Shown here in pieces: positions 18,662 to 27,851 of a stretch of 64,000 nucleotides of DNA (positions are counted from its first letter, which is position 1; the number at the start of each line of letters is the position of its first letter). Source of the stretch: an uncultured Bacteroidales bacterium (GTDB taxonomy: Bacteria > Bacteroidota > Bacteroidia > Bacteroidales > UBA932); assembly GCA_900319375.1 (NCBI GenBank), contig ONOI01000003.1, positions 783 to 64,782 on the forward strand. The letters are read 5' to 3'. The notes beneath the pieces are model-generated. The model was not told the origin of the DNA, ran no database searches, and was given only the letters and a program-made list of their open reading frames with translations. A program made the translations under genes and the position numbers.

Positions 18662-21388
18662 ATGAAGACAATGAAAACACAAAGCACATTCAAAGCTATT
18701 GCGGCGGCCCTCGCCCTGGCCGGCTCATCGCTCCCGGTTTATTCCCAGGACAACGCGAACTTTACTGCCTCGCTCGCTGGCAGGCTCCCGGGTCTCACAG
18801 TTATCACCCGTGATGCCATCCCCGGCAGCGGCAGCGCCAGGATGCTCATCCGTGGAATCGGTTCCTATGCCGAGAGCCCGGATGTCAATACTCTGAAGAT
18901 ATATGTAGACGGCTTCGAGGTGAAGAGTGACTATATAGATTATATCTCCGCCGAGGAGATCGAGTCTGTACAGATTCTCAAGGACGCCTCCGAGCTCGCG
19001 CTCTACGGTATGAACGGCGCCAACGGCGTTATCTACATAACAACCAAACGCGGCTCGGTCGGGGCCCCGAAGATCAACTTCCGCAGCAGCGGGGGAGTCT
19101 CTACCCCGATCAATGTCGTAAAGCCTCTCGGCTCGTACGACTATGCCCGCCTCTACAACCAGGCCTGGGCCAACGACAATGGCCGCGAGTGGGATCCGTA
19201 CTACGATCTGGACGCGATGAACGCCTACAAGAACGGTACGGGGGTCGATGTAGACTGGTACGACGAAGTCTTCCGCAGCGCCGCTCCTTACGCCGATGCG
19301 AATCTGTCGATTCGCGGCGGTTCGGAGCTCGCAAAATACAACGTCGTCCTCGACTACGCCAACCAGCAGGGCTTCCTGAACGTCCGCAACACAGACAGGA
19401 CACACAACGCTTCCTTCGCCAAGTACGGCGTCAGGACCAACCTGGACATGAAGCTGAACCAGATTCTGACCGTAAGCATGGACCTCGGCGGCAGGCTCGA
19501 AGACAGGGCCCGCCCGAACTACAGCCTCTACTCTTTGGTTAACGATGTGATGAGCTATCCGTCCAACATCTACCCGATCTTCGACGAACTCTCTACCGAC
19601 CCTATCATCAACCTTTCCGGAACAGCCGTCCATCCCAACAACCCGGTGGGCTCGCTCATCGGCCTTGGCTGGACAACATCCCGTACTAAGGTGATGCAGG
19701 CCAACTTCAAGTTCAAGGAGGATCTCAGCTCTCTGCTCGAGGGCCTGTACCTCCAGGAAGGCTTCTCCTTCTATTCGAAGACCATCGGAAACACGGCCAA
19801 GACCAGCACCTACGCCCGCTATATCGGCGGAGTGCCCCAGACGGCCGATGTCAGTACTTACCTCCGCTCGCAGGGCTACTGGTCCTCGGGCAAGGAGCGC
19901 TGGATGCAGGGCAACGTCATCCTCGGCTGGAACGGCAAAATGGACGAGAACGTCTTCGACGCCCAGCTCTCAGCCCACATCTCCGATTTCAACGGCACCG
20001 GCTCCCAGTTCTATAACTGGAAGTACCGCTATATCAACTACGCCGGCCGCCTGGCATGGATCTACGACGATAGGATCGATGCCGCGCTGGGCTTCTCGCT
20101 CTTCGGCAGCGACGCCTATGCCCCCGGCCACCGCTACGTCTTCTATCCTACCGTCTCCCTGGGCTGGAAGCTCACTGACGACGTGAAGCTTCGCGCATCC
20201 GCCGGCCTTACCGGCGCGACCGAGGCCTACGTAGGGATCGAGGGTCTGGAGACCGACGGCCGCTACCTCTACAAGCAGTATTACACCTGGACCGGCAGCT
20301 TTGTCACCGGCATGGGTCCGAACTTCGGCGGCGGAGTCAGCGGCATCAGGCCCCTCTACAGCGGCAGCGAAGATCTGACGGCCGAAAGGAGCCTGAAGGC
20401 CAATGTCGGTGCAGACGCCCGTTTCTTCGAGGGCAAGCTCAACCTCACGGCCGATTACTTCCTCGACCTGCGCACCGGCATCCTTACCCTCGACCGGACC
20501 TTGATGGATTACTACGGCGCCAAGACGGCCTACACTAACCTCGGCCGCATGCTCAACCATGGTCTCGACGCTTCGCTCGTCTGGACGGACAAGAAAGGGG
20601 AGTTTAGCTACTCGCTCTTCTCCAATATCCTGTTCGCCAGGAATACCGTACTCGAGATGGGCGAGGTCGGGCCGAAATACCCTTACAACGCTGTAACCGG
20701 ACATCCTTACGGCTCCAGGATGGGTCTTGAGTGCGTAGGCTTCTACGAGCTGAAGGATTTCGACCTCGACGGCGAACTTCAGATGACAGAGGCGATTCCG
20801 CTCTTCGGAAGCGTACAGCCAGGCGATCTTAAGTATAAAGATCAGGACGGCGACGGATATATCGACGATACGGATATCGTATGGCTCGGCAATCCTTCCT
20901 ACCCGATGCTGACCGTTGATTTCGGCGGACAGGCTGAGTGGCTTGGATTCGACCTTTCTGTACTCTTTACAAGTTCGTTTGGTTCTACCGTCAACCTGCT
21001 CGATTACTCGGCATGGAAGCCGTTCCTTAACTACGGCACCGCATTCGAGTGGGCAAAGGGTGCTTGGGCTTATTATCCTGAAGCTCAGGTAGATACTCGT
21101 AAGAGCGCAACTTTCCCGAGGCTTACAACCGGTCAGAACGACCACAACTATCGATCGAGTTCCTTCTGGGTGAAGAACAACAATTACCTCCGCCTGAAGA
21201 ACCTTGAGCTGGGTTATACTCTCAAATTCGCCGGATCGGGAGTGGAGAAGCTCCGCGTATACCTTTCCGGACAGAATCTCTTTACGGTAAGTACTTTACT
21301 CTGGAAATACAAGATGGATCCGGAGACTGTAAACTACGGTTATCCCGCCGCAAGAAGCGTTTGCGCCGGAGTGCAGATCAGTTTCTAA
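18662..21388 (+). CDS. susC: SusC/RagA TonB-dependent transporter (pair 2), N-terminally short
   Basis: 908 aa; LAGRLPGL, ILKDASELALYGMNGANGVIYITTKRG, YLRLKNLELGY, C-terminal GVQISF. Confidence 0.95.
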   Translation: MKTMKTQSTFKAIAAALALAGSSLPVYSQDNANFTASLAGRLPGLTVITRDAIPGSGSARMLIRGIGSYAESPDVNTLKIYVDGFEVKSDYIDYISAEEIESVQILKDASELALYGMNGANGVIYITTKRGSVGAPKINFRSSGGVSTPINVVKPLGSYDYARLYNQAWANDNGREWDPYYDLDAMNAYKNGTGVDVDWYDEVFRSAAPYADANLSIRGGSELAKYNVVLDYANQQGFLNVRNTDRTHNASFAKYGVRTNLDMKLNQILTVSMDLGGRLEDRARPNYSLYSLVNDVMSYPSNIYPIFDELSTDPIINLSGTAVHPNNPVGSLIGLGWTTSRTKVMQANFKFKEDLSSLLEGLYLQEGFSFYSKTIGNTAKTSTYARYIGGVPQTADVSTYLRSQGYWSSGKERWMQGNVILGWNGKMDENVFDAQLSAHISDFNGTGSQFYNWKYRYINYAGRLAWIYDDRIDAALGFSLFGSDAYAPGHRYVFYPTVSLGWKLTDDVKLRASAGLTGATEAYVGIEGLETDGRYLYKQYYTWTGSFVTGMGPNFGGGVSGIRPLYSGSEDLTAERSLKANVGADARFFEGKLNLTADYFLDLRTGILTLDRTLMDYYGAKTAYTNLGRMLNHGLDASLVWTDKKGEFSYSLFSNILFARNTVLEMGEVGPKYPYNAVTGHPYGSRMGLECVGFYELKDFDLDGELQMTEAIPLFGSVQPGDLKYKDQDGDGYIDDTDIVWLGNPSYPMLTVDFGGQAEWLGFDLSVLFTSSFGSTVNLLDYSAWKPFLNYGTAFEWAKGAWAYYPEAQVDTRKSATFPRLTTGQNDHNYRSSSFWVKNNNYLRLKNLELGYTLKFAGSGVEKLRVYLSGQNLFTVSTLLWKYKMDPETVNYGYPAARSVCAGVQISF

Positions 21389-21401
21389 AAATGACAGTGT
21401 T

Positions 21402-23186
21402 ATGAAAAGAATAGTTCTTATTTCAGCGCTCACGCTCCTTGCAGTTTCCTGCTCCGATTTCCTCGATACCCGCATCGACGTATTCGATACGGTCGAGCGC
21501 CTCGAGACCCGTCCGAGTACGCTGTCGAGCTTCGCATATGCGTTCTATACGCCTATGCAGTATGGCTTCAATGTTATAGACGGAAACCTCTTCGCTTCCG
21601 CTTCAGACGAAGCCGAGCAGACCGCTCCGACCTCCGATGTGTCCGCCTTCAACCGCGGCCTCATCTCCCCGGATCTCAACCCTATCGCTTACCTCTACAA
21701 CAATTATTACGAAGGCATCCGCGCCGCTCACTTCTTCCTCGATTACGCAAAGGACGGTGAGAAGTTTCTTGCCCTCAACCGCGACACCAGTACCGTTTAC
21801 AATCCCGACGGAACGGTATACAGTACCGAGAAGCCGAAGGCCTATATGAGGGACGTAATCAACCTCAACTGGCTCAGGGCCGAGGCTGCAATAGCCGAGG
21901 CTTACTACTACGGCGAACTAATCAAGATGTACGGCGGAGTGCCTATCATAGGTGAAAATACGGAGGGTACAACCCGTCAGGCCACCTACGATGAGGTTGT
22001 GGAACATATCGTCAGCCTGATTGATGCGAATGCAGACAAGGTCAACCTCGACTGGAGGGTGGCTCTGGATCCTACCCCGGAAAATGCAATCGCAGATGTA
22101 AACAACTGGAACTTCCGCGACGATATCGGCCGCTGGGACAAGACCTCGGCCCTTGCCGTGAAGGCACGCGTACTGCTTTATGCCGCCAGCCCCCGCAATA
22201 ATGAGGAGGCCGACGTGAAGAAGTGGGAGAGGGCTGCAGAAGCCGCCCACGACGTGATCAAGCTCCGCGAGGATATCTTCGCAAAGGGCTTCGGTTTCGG
22301 AGAGGATGCCAGAACTCACCCGAGCTCCCATATGCCCGCTAACCGCGACTATGGCAACTACTTTATCCGCAATAACGCGGCCTCCGACGTGGAATCGATC
22401 TTCCTCATCCGCAGGGCTGCAGGCAGCGCTCCCGAGGTGGCAAACTACCCGATCGGTACCCGTGGCGGCAACAGCGGTGTCTGCCCGACTCAGAACCTGG
22501 TCGATGCGTATGATTACGTAGGCCCTGAGGCCCCGGATCCGTATGTCAACCGCGACCCCCGTCTTGCTGCGACCGTGGTCTACAACGGCTCCGTATGGAA
22601 CGGCAGCATTATCGACGAGTCGGCCGGCGGCCTGTATGACCAGCGCGTAAAGGGCGCCTCGAAGACCGGATACTATCTGAAGAAATTCCTCGCCCCGAAT
22701 CTCAACCTGATCGAAGGAGGAAGTACGGACCATATCTGGCCTCTCTACCGCTATGCGGAGGTCCTTCTGAACTATGCCGAGGCCATGAACGAGGCCTATG
22801 GCCCGGATGCAGACCCGAAGGGCTGGGGAATGACCGCCCGCGACGCCCTTACCGAGGTCCGCAATAGCGCCAGCACCCTCCTTCCGGCTATCACTACCAG
22901 CTCCAAGGCCGAATTCCGCAAGGCGGTAAAGAAGGAAAGGCAGGTTGAGCTCGCATTCGAAGACCACCGCTACTGGGATCTGCTCCGTTGGAGAGATGCC
23001 GAGGCTGTCCTGAACCGCTCGATCAAGGGTGTCGTCGTCCGTAAGAACAACCTTGGAGGAATCCAGTACAGCTATCAGTTCGTCGCGACCAGGACCTTCG
23101 AGGAGAAGAACTACTATCTTCCTTTCTCCCGCAAGGAGATTTCCAATTCCGGCGGAACCCTCACCCAGAACCCTGAATACAATTAG
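21402..23186 (+). CDS. susD: SusD/RagB lipoprotein (pair 2)
   Basis: Lipobox LAVSC; YGGVPII, KARVLLYAASP, RDPRL, RYAEVLLNYAEA, ERQVELAFEDHRYWDLLRW, QNPEYN. Confidence 0.96.
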   Translation: MKRIVLISALTLLAVSCSDFLDTRIDVFDTVERLETRPSTLSSFAYAFYTPMQYGFNVIDGNLFASASDEAEQTAPTSDVSAFNRGLISPDLNPIAYLYNNYYEGIRAAHFFLDYAKDGEKFLALNRDTSTVYNPDGTVYSTEKPKAYMRDVINLNWLRAEAAIAEAYYYGELIKMYGGVPIIGENTEGTTRQATYDEVVEHIVSLIDANADKVNLDWRVALDPTPENAIADVNNWNFRDDIGRWDKTSALAVKARVLLYAASPRNNEEADVKKWERAAEAAHDVIKLREDIFAKGFGFGEDARTHPSSHMPANRDYGNYFIRNNAASDVESIFLIRRAAGSAPEVANYPIGTRGGNSGVCPTQNLVDAYDYVGPEAPDPYVNRDPRLAATVVYNGSVWNGSIIDESAGGLYDQRVKGASKTGYYLKKFLAPNLNLIEGGSTDHIWPLYRYAEVLLNYAEAMNEAYGPDADPKGWGMTARDALTEVRNSASTLLPAITTSSKAEFRKAVKKERQVELAFEDHRYWDLLRWRDAEAVLNRSIKGVVVRKNNLGGIQYSYQFVATRTFEEKNYYLPFSRKEISNSGGTLTQNPEYN

Positions 23187-23188
23187 TT

Positions 23189-23750
23189 ATGAAGACTTTA
23201 TATAAGATATTGCCTGTTTTGGCGCTCGTTCTCGCCTTCGCTTCCTGCGAGGAGAACGACGCTACCCGCGACTACGGTTTCCCTAAGGTATACATTCCTC
23301 AGGCTACCGTGACGGGACTTGACAACTCGTATCCTATTCCCCTGGGACCGCTGGATCAGTATACGGCCTACGCTTGCAAGTATGACGATGCAAGCGGCAT
23401 CCTCGATATCGAGGTCGGAGTGATCCGCAGCGGCTATCTTGCCCAGCAGAAAGGGTATTCGGTAGATCTTGGGGTCAGCTCAACCAGTAGTGACTGTCCC
23501 TTCCAAGATTACCGTTCCTGCCGGCCAGAGCGGGGAAGCGGTCTACGTAAGCGTAGATCTTAAAGCTCTCGCCCTCCAGAAGACTTCGCTCTGGGTTACA
23601 GACAAGTACAAACTGCTCGTTCTCGGCCTTGAGATCTCGAATCCTACCGAGTATGAACTTGCAGATAACAACACCAGTGTCGTTATCGTACTCGACCTTA
23701 ACAGCGAGTATTGGGGCACTGAAGTCCGTACGCTATTTCCAATGAACTAA
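23189..23750 (+). pseudogene. PUL surface lipoprotein (DUF1735-like) split by a frameshift near 23470-23490
   Basis: Frame A (23189-23563) has lipobox AFASC and runs to GYSVDLGVS. Frame B (23469-23750, +1) continues with VPSKITVPAGQ..VYVSVDL..LVLGLEISNP..YEL. The two halves read as one protein. Confidence 0.7.
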
Positions 23751-23777
23751 CAATTAATACCAATCATTCATTTTATT

Positions 23778-25013
23778 ATGAAAAAGTTTTTCTATCTCAT
23801 TGCAGCAGCTGCTATTATGATGGTCAGTTGCGAGGATCCGGCAGGTCCGGAAAAACCGGACACTCCAGCCGGTGCTCCCAAGGCAGACTTTGAGTTTGTC
23901 GTAGACGGTCTTACCGTTACCTTCACCAGCAAGGCTGAGAATGCCGCTTCCTACAAATGGGAATTCGGCGATGGCGAAACAGCCAAGACCGCTTCTCCTA
24001 CCCACGAGTATCTCAGCGGCGGATCTTACAACGTCAAGCTCACTGTAGCCAATGCCGACGGAGAGACCGACAGCACCGAGAAACCAGTTACCGTACAGGG
24101 TGCAGGCGGAGCTGTAAAGGCTTACTTCACCGCTACCCCTAAGACTGACCGTGCCGGCAAGTTCGGCCTTGTGGTCGAATTCGATGCTACTGCTTCTCAA
24201 GGAGCAGAGTCCATCAGTTGGGATTTCGGCGACGGCGGTACCGGTACCGAGTTCAAGATGAACCACGAATACTCAGCCTACGGCAAGTATACCGTCAAGG
24301 CCACAGTCAGCGGCGGCGGTAGTTCCGACACCTACCAGGCAGAGGTAGACGTGATTCCTTATTCTGAGCTTCTTCAGGGAGGCTCCATGGAAGAGGACGA
24401 CGCCAAGTACTGGACGTTCATCCACACAGAGGTTTTCGCCGAGGGAGATTACGAAAATACGCTCCCCGGTGTTTATAGCTGGCAGCCATATTTTGGCTAT
24501 ACCGAGGATAAACCTGCAAACGGAGTGGGCGGCTGCCTTCGTCTTTCTTCTGAAAATCAGATCCACGACCAGGCCAACAATGTCAAGTTCTATCAGGCCA
24601 TTGAGGTTGAAGAAGGAGATTATCTGGAGATTACGGCCCAGATGAAGTGGGGAGCGAATTCAAATGACTGTGGACTTCTTTGGTTCGGAATTGCTGATTC
24701 TGAAGATAAAGTAGGCGCGGACGGAACTTCTATCGTTGAGATGTTCAACTACTGGTCAGCTGCTGGAACAGACCCCGTGCCCGCTTTCGACGGCGGCTTC
24801 GAGGCCAATGACGACTATATTGCAGCCAATACAGCTCTTGAATTGGGTTACAGCAATGCTGGAAAACCAGTCGGTGTTTACTGGGCTCAGAAGACTGGAA
24901 CAGTCTATTTCTATGTTGACTATCGTTCAGTTTGGGGACCTTTCTTTGGCCCTGGAATCGACATTCTTTTCGATGAAATCAGCGTCAAGGTAATGCCTGC
25001 GCCCGCGGAGTAG
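23778..25013 (+). CDS. PKD-domain lipoprotein, probable surface glycan-binding protein
   Basis: Lipobox MVSC; two PKD repeats (WEFGDG..H.Y..G.Y.VKLTV; WDFGDG..H.Y..YG.YTVKATV); aromatic-rich CBM-like C-terminal domain. Confidence 0.85.
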   Translation: MKKFFYLIAAAAIMMVSCEDPAGPEKPDTPAGAPKADFEFVVDGLTVTFTSKAENAASYKWEFGDGETAKTASPTHEYLSGGSYNVKLTVANADGETDSTEKPVTVQGAGGAVKAYFTATPKTDRAGKFGLVVEFDATASQGAESISWDFGDGGTGTEFKMNHEYSAYGKYTVKATVSGGGSSDTYQAEVDVIPYSELLQGGSMEEDDAKYWTFIHTEVFAEGDYENTLPGVYSWQPYFGYTEDKPANGVGGCLRLSSENQIHDQANNVKFYQAIEVEEGDYLEITAQMKWGANSNDCGLLWFGIADSEDKVGADGTSIVEMFNYWSAAGTDPVPAFDGGFEANDDYIAANTALELGYSNAGKPVGVYWAQKTGTVYFYVDYRSVWGPFFGPGIDILFDEISVKVMPAPAE

Positions 25014-25031
25014 TATTTTCTCCTTATTATA

Positions 25032-25061
25032 GATACAGGGCGGCTGACCCTGCCCTGTATC
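25032..25061. other. Intergenic stem-loop inside the PUL
   Basis: GATACAGGGC / GCCCTGTATC perfect 10-bp inverted repeat around a 10-nt spacer; no clear U tract. Confidence 0.6.
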
Positions 25062-25085
25062 CCCAATTATTAGTAATTTTGTGAG

Positions 25086-26030
25086 ATGAAAAAAACGATC
25101 ATCATCAGTGTCCTTGCTTTGTGTGGTCTGGCCTTCTCGGCTTCGGCCCAGGATACGGACAGTCGCTTTATGCGCCCGTTTACCGAGAATTTCAGCTCTT
25201 CGAAGCCGGATCATTTCGGTACTGCCGGCAGCGCTCTCCGCTACTACTGCGGAGTCCCTTCGCTGAGCGAACTCGGCTCGGATGTGATGCTCCTGCGCAT
25301 CAATCCTTCCGATCCCGCAGGAGCAGGCCGCGGTCCCGAAATCTCAACCCCGAAAATGACTCATTTCGGTACCTACAGCGCCAGAATCAGGGTTCCGGAT
25401 GTTAAGGATGTACAGCCGAATATCGGTGTCGTGGTCGGTTATTTCACCTATCGCTTTACCCGGGGATACGGCCTCAGCGAAATTGACTTCGAGTGGCTTA
25501 TCGCAGATCCGACCCTCATCTATATCGGTACCTGGACCAGCGACCCGAACAATGTAGGGAATCTGCAGAGGGTGGGCCGTACAATCAATCTCGCTACCGG
25601 TCAGATTCTGTATACCAACTACAGGTCTTATCACGACGGCAACCGTAACCACGATTTCGCCAGCAACGACGATGCGGCACTTACTCCCCGTACTATCCCC
25701 GCGATTACCGGCTACGACGCCTCGAAACAGTTCTATGTCTACGGTTTCGACTGGTATCCGAACCGCCTGACATGGTGGATCGAACATCCGGATACCGGCG
25801 AGAAGATCATCCTCTGGGACTACCAGGGAACAACCCCCAACTTCTCAGGCATCCCTCAGCCCCCGACTACCTATCTGCTCAATTTCTGGCATACCAACGA
25901 CTGGTCGGTCGATACAAACCCCCGCTCGAAGGAGGCTCCTAAGTATCCTTATTTCCTCGAGATCGATTGGATGAAATATGAGCCTTACGACGATGTAAAT
26001 ATCGCCTGGAGAAAGGAGAATAACTTTTGA
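25086..26030 (+). CDS. GH16 family glycoside hydrolase (copy 1, SPI signal)
   Basis: FGTYSARI, GVVVGYFTY, catalytic EIDFE, FYVYGFDW, LNFW, EIDWMKY. Confidence 0.85.
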   Translation: MKKTIIISVLALCGLAFSASAQDTDSRFMRPFTENFSSSKPDHFGTAGSALRYYCGVPSLSELGSDVMLLRINPSDPAGAGRGPEISTPKMTHFGTYSARIRVPDVKDVQPNIGVVVGYFTYRFTRGYGLSEIDFEWLIADPTLIYIGTWTSDPNNVGNLQRVGRTINLATGQILYTNYRSYHDGNRNHDFASNDDAALTPRTIPAITGYDASKQFYVYGFDWYPNRLTWWIEHPDTGEKIILWDYQGTTPNFSGIPQPPTTYLLNFWHTNDWSVDTNPRSKEAPKYPYFLEIDWMKYEPYDDVNIAWRKENNF

Positions 26031-26032
26031 TT

Positions 26033-26842
26033 ATGAAACTTTTTAAGAGTATCATAGGGTTATCGCTGGCGGCATCTCTTCTGTATGTCGCCTGCTCTGA
26101 TCCGTATACTTATACCGGTCCGGTCCACGTTAAGCCCGTTGATCAGACAGATACTACCGAGACCCCGGATACAACAAATCCCGGCCCGGTAATTCCGCCG
26201 TCTCCTCCGATCGAAGTTACGCTGATGGAGTCCTTTACCGAGAACTTCTCCGCGAAGACATCCGAACTCTTTGCCTTCCAGAAAAGTACTGTACGCCCTG
26301 ACTTCCGCTATTACCCGGCTTTCCCTTCGCTGAGCGAGTCCGGAACTACTATCCTGATGCTGAGACTTGACCCTAAGGACCAGGTAGGCGAAGGCGCTCT
26401 CGTAGGCGCAACAGGATATATAGACAAAGGATCTCTGAGCCTTCGTATGCGTACGCCGGATGTAGCTTCAGCCCAGTCTAATGTAGGCTCCAGCGCAGAA
26501 CTGCATCTTCTGGATCCGGACGGGAAAGAGTCCTTCGTCCTTAGCCTCAAGCTTTCTGACCCCGGCAAGATCTATGTAGACGGATCCGCAATTACTCCGG
26601 AGATCTCGGGATTCAAGGCATGTTCCAAATTCTATATCTACGGCCTTGATTGGGCAGAGGACAAACTCAGCGTCTGGATCAAGACCGGAGCAAAGGCAGA
26701 CAAGCAGGTTTTGACCGAGATTACCGAGAATCTCCCTTCGCCCCCTTTGCGTCCCGTGCTCCGTTTCTACACTCCTTCGGGCAAGCTCCCGCTCTATCCC
26801 TACGAACTTGAAGTAAACTGGATTTCTTATACCGCACAATAA
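26033..26842 (+). CDS. GH16-fold lipoprotein lacking the catalytic motif
   Basis: Lipobox YVAC; shares PSLSE, RTPDV..Q.NVG, FYIYGLDW, LYPYELEVNW with its neighbours, but EIDxE is replaced by ELHLL. Confidence 0.75.
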   Translation: MKLFKSIIGLSLAASLLYVACSDPYTYTGPVHVKPVDQTDTTETPDTTNPGPVIPPSPPIEVTLMESFTENFSAKTSELFAFQKSTVRPDFRYYPAFPSLSESGTTILMLRLDPKDQVGEGALVGATGYIDKGSLSLRMRTPDVASAQSNVGSSAELHLLDPDGKESFVLSLKLSDPGKIYVDGSAITPEISGFKACSKFYIYGLDWAEDKLSVWIKTGAKADKQVLTEITENLPSPPLRPVLRFYTPSGKLPLYPYELEVNWISYTAQ

Positions 26843-27786
26843 TGAAACACGGCATACTCGCAGGGGCTCTGCTCCTGGTTTGCGCAGGCGCTTTTGCTCA
26901 GAACGCCGATAAAGAGACTCCCAAGTTCCACGAAGCTTTCGTGGAGGACTTCTCCGGCCCTTCTTCAGAGTACTTTTACTACAACTACCGTCCTTCAGGA
27001 GAGGATTTCCGTTATTGTTCGGGTTTCAACTCTCTTTCAGAAGAAGGGACTAAGGTGATGCTTTACCGCATCGATCCCAACGATCCGGCAGGCGCAGGCC
27101 GTGGTCCCGAGATAATCTCGAAGGACTACACGTTCTACGGCAGTTATTCCGCCCGTATCAAGGTACCCGATGTAAGGGAGGTCCAGCCCAACGTAGGAGC
27201 TGTGGTTGGTTATTTTACCTACAATATCGACCGTGAGTTCGGCCAGAGCGAGATCGACATCGAGTGGCTGATCGCTGACCCGCGCATCATCTACGTAGGG
27301 ACATGGACCGGAAAGAGGGGAGCCCACAACCGTGTAGGCCGCATCATCAACCTCGCGACCGGAGAGATCCTCGAGACCATCTGGCGCAGCGAAGTCCGTC
27401 ATCGCGACGGGACCGTCACCCGCATCCCCAACACGCCCTTCAAAGGCCGCCAGAACCGGCCGTCACACATAAAGCCGATCGAGGGCTATGATGCTTCCGC
27501 CCAGTTCTACGTATACGGCTGGGACTGGTACCCCGACCGCCTCGTGTGGTGGATGGAACATCCTGAGACGGGCAAGAAGATCATCCTATGGGATTACAAA
27601 GGCAAGGAGATATTCCCCGACCAGCCATCAAAAACAGGCGTTCCCTGCCTGAAGAGCAAGTACCGCCTGAATTTCTGGCATACCAACAACTGGCCCGTAG
27701 AGACTAACCCCAACTCAGTCGAAAAACCGCTCTATCCCTATGAGCTCGAAATTGACTGGATGAAATACACTCCTTTCAAATACTAG
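26842..27786 (+). CDS. GH16 family glycoside hydrolase (copy 2, SPI signal)
   Basis: YGSYSARI, GAVVGYFTY, catalytic EIDIE, FYVYGWDW, LNFWHTN, EIDWMKY; TAATG-coupled to the previous gene. Confidence 0.85.
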   Translation: MKHGILAGALLLVCAGAFAQNADKETPKFHEAFVEDFSGPSSEYFYYNYRPSGEDFRYCSGFNSLSEEGTKVMLYRIDPNDPAGAGRGPEIISKDYTFYGSYSARIKVPDVREVQPNVGAVVGYFTYNIDREFGQSEIDIEWLIADPRIIYVGTWTGKRGAHNRVGRIINLATGEILETIWRSEVRHRDGTVTRIPNTPFKGRQNRPSHIKPIEGYDASAQFYVYGWDWYPDRLVWWMEHPETGKKIILWDYKGKEIFPDQPSKTGVPCLKSKYRLNFWHTNNWPVETNPNSVEKPLYPYELEIDWMKYTPFKY

Positions 27787-27788
27787 CT

Positions 27789-27820
27789 TTTGACGATTTG
27801 ACCGGAAAGCGGTATCTTTG
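27789..27820 (+). promoter_or_regulatory. Bacteroidota -33/-7 promoter for the acid phosphatase gene
   Basis: TTTG (27789-27792), 20-nt spacer, TATCTTTG (27813-27820). Confidence 0.7.
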
Positions 27821-27851
27821 AAATAACAGAATCCGTGATCGTTTTTAGGCT

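Noticed and set aside
13501-22967. Long minus-strand ORFs opposite susC/susD (13501-14892, 18725-19633, 19970-21145, 21918-22967)
   Set aside because: Antisense shadow ORFs of genes with C-rich third codon positions.
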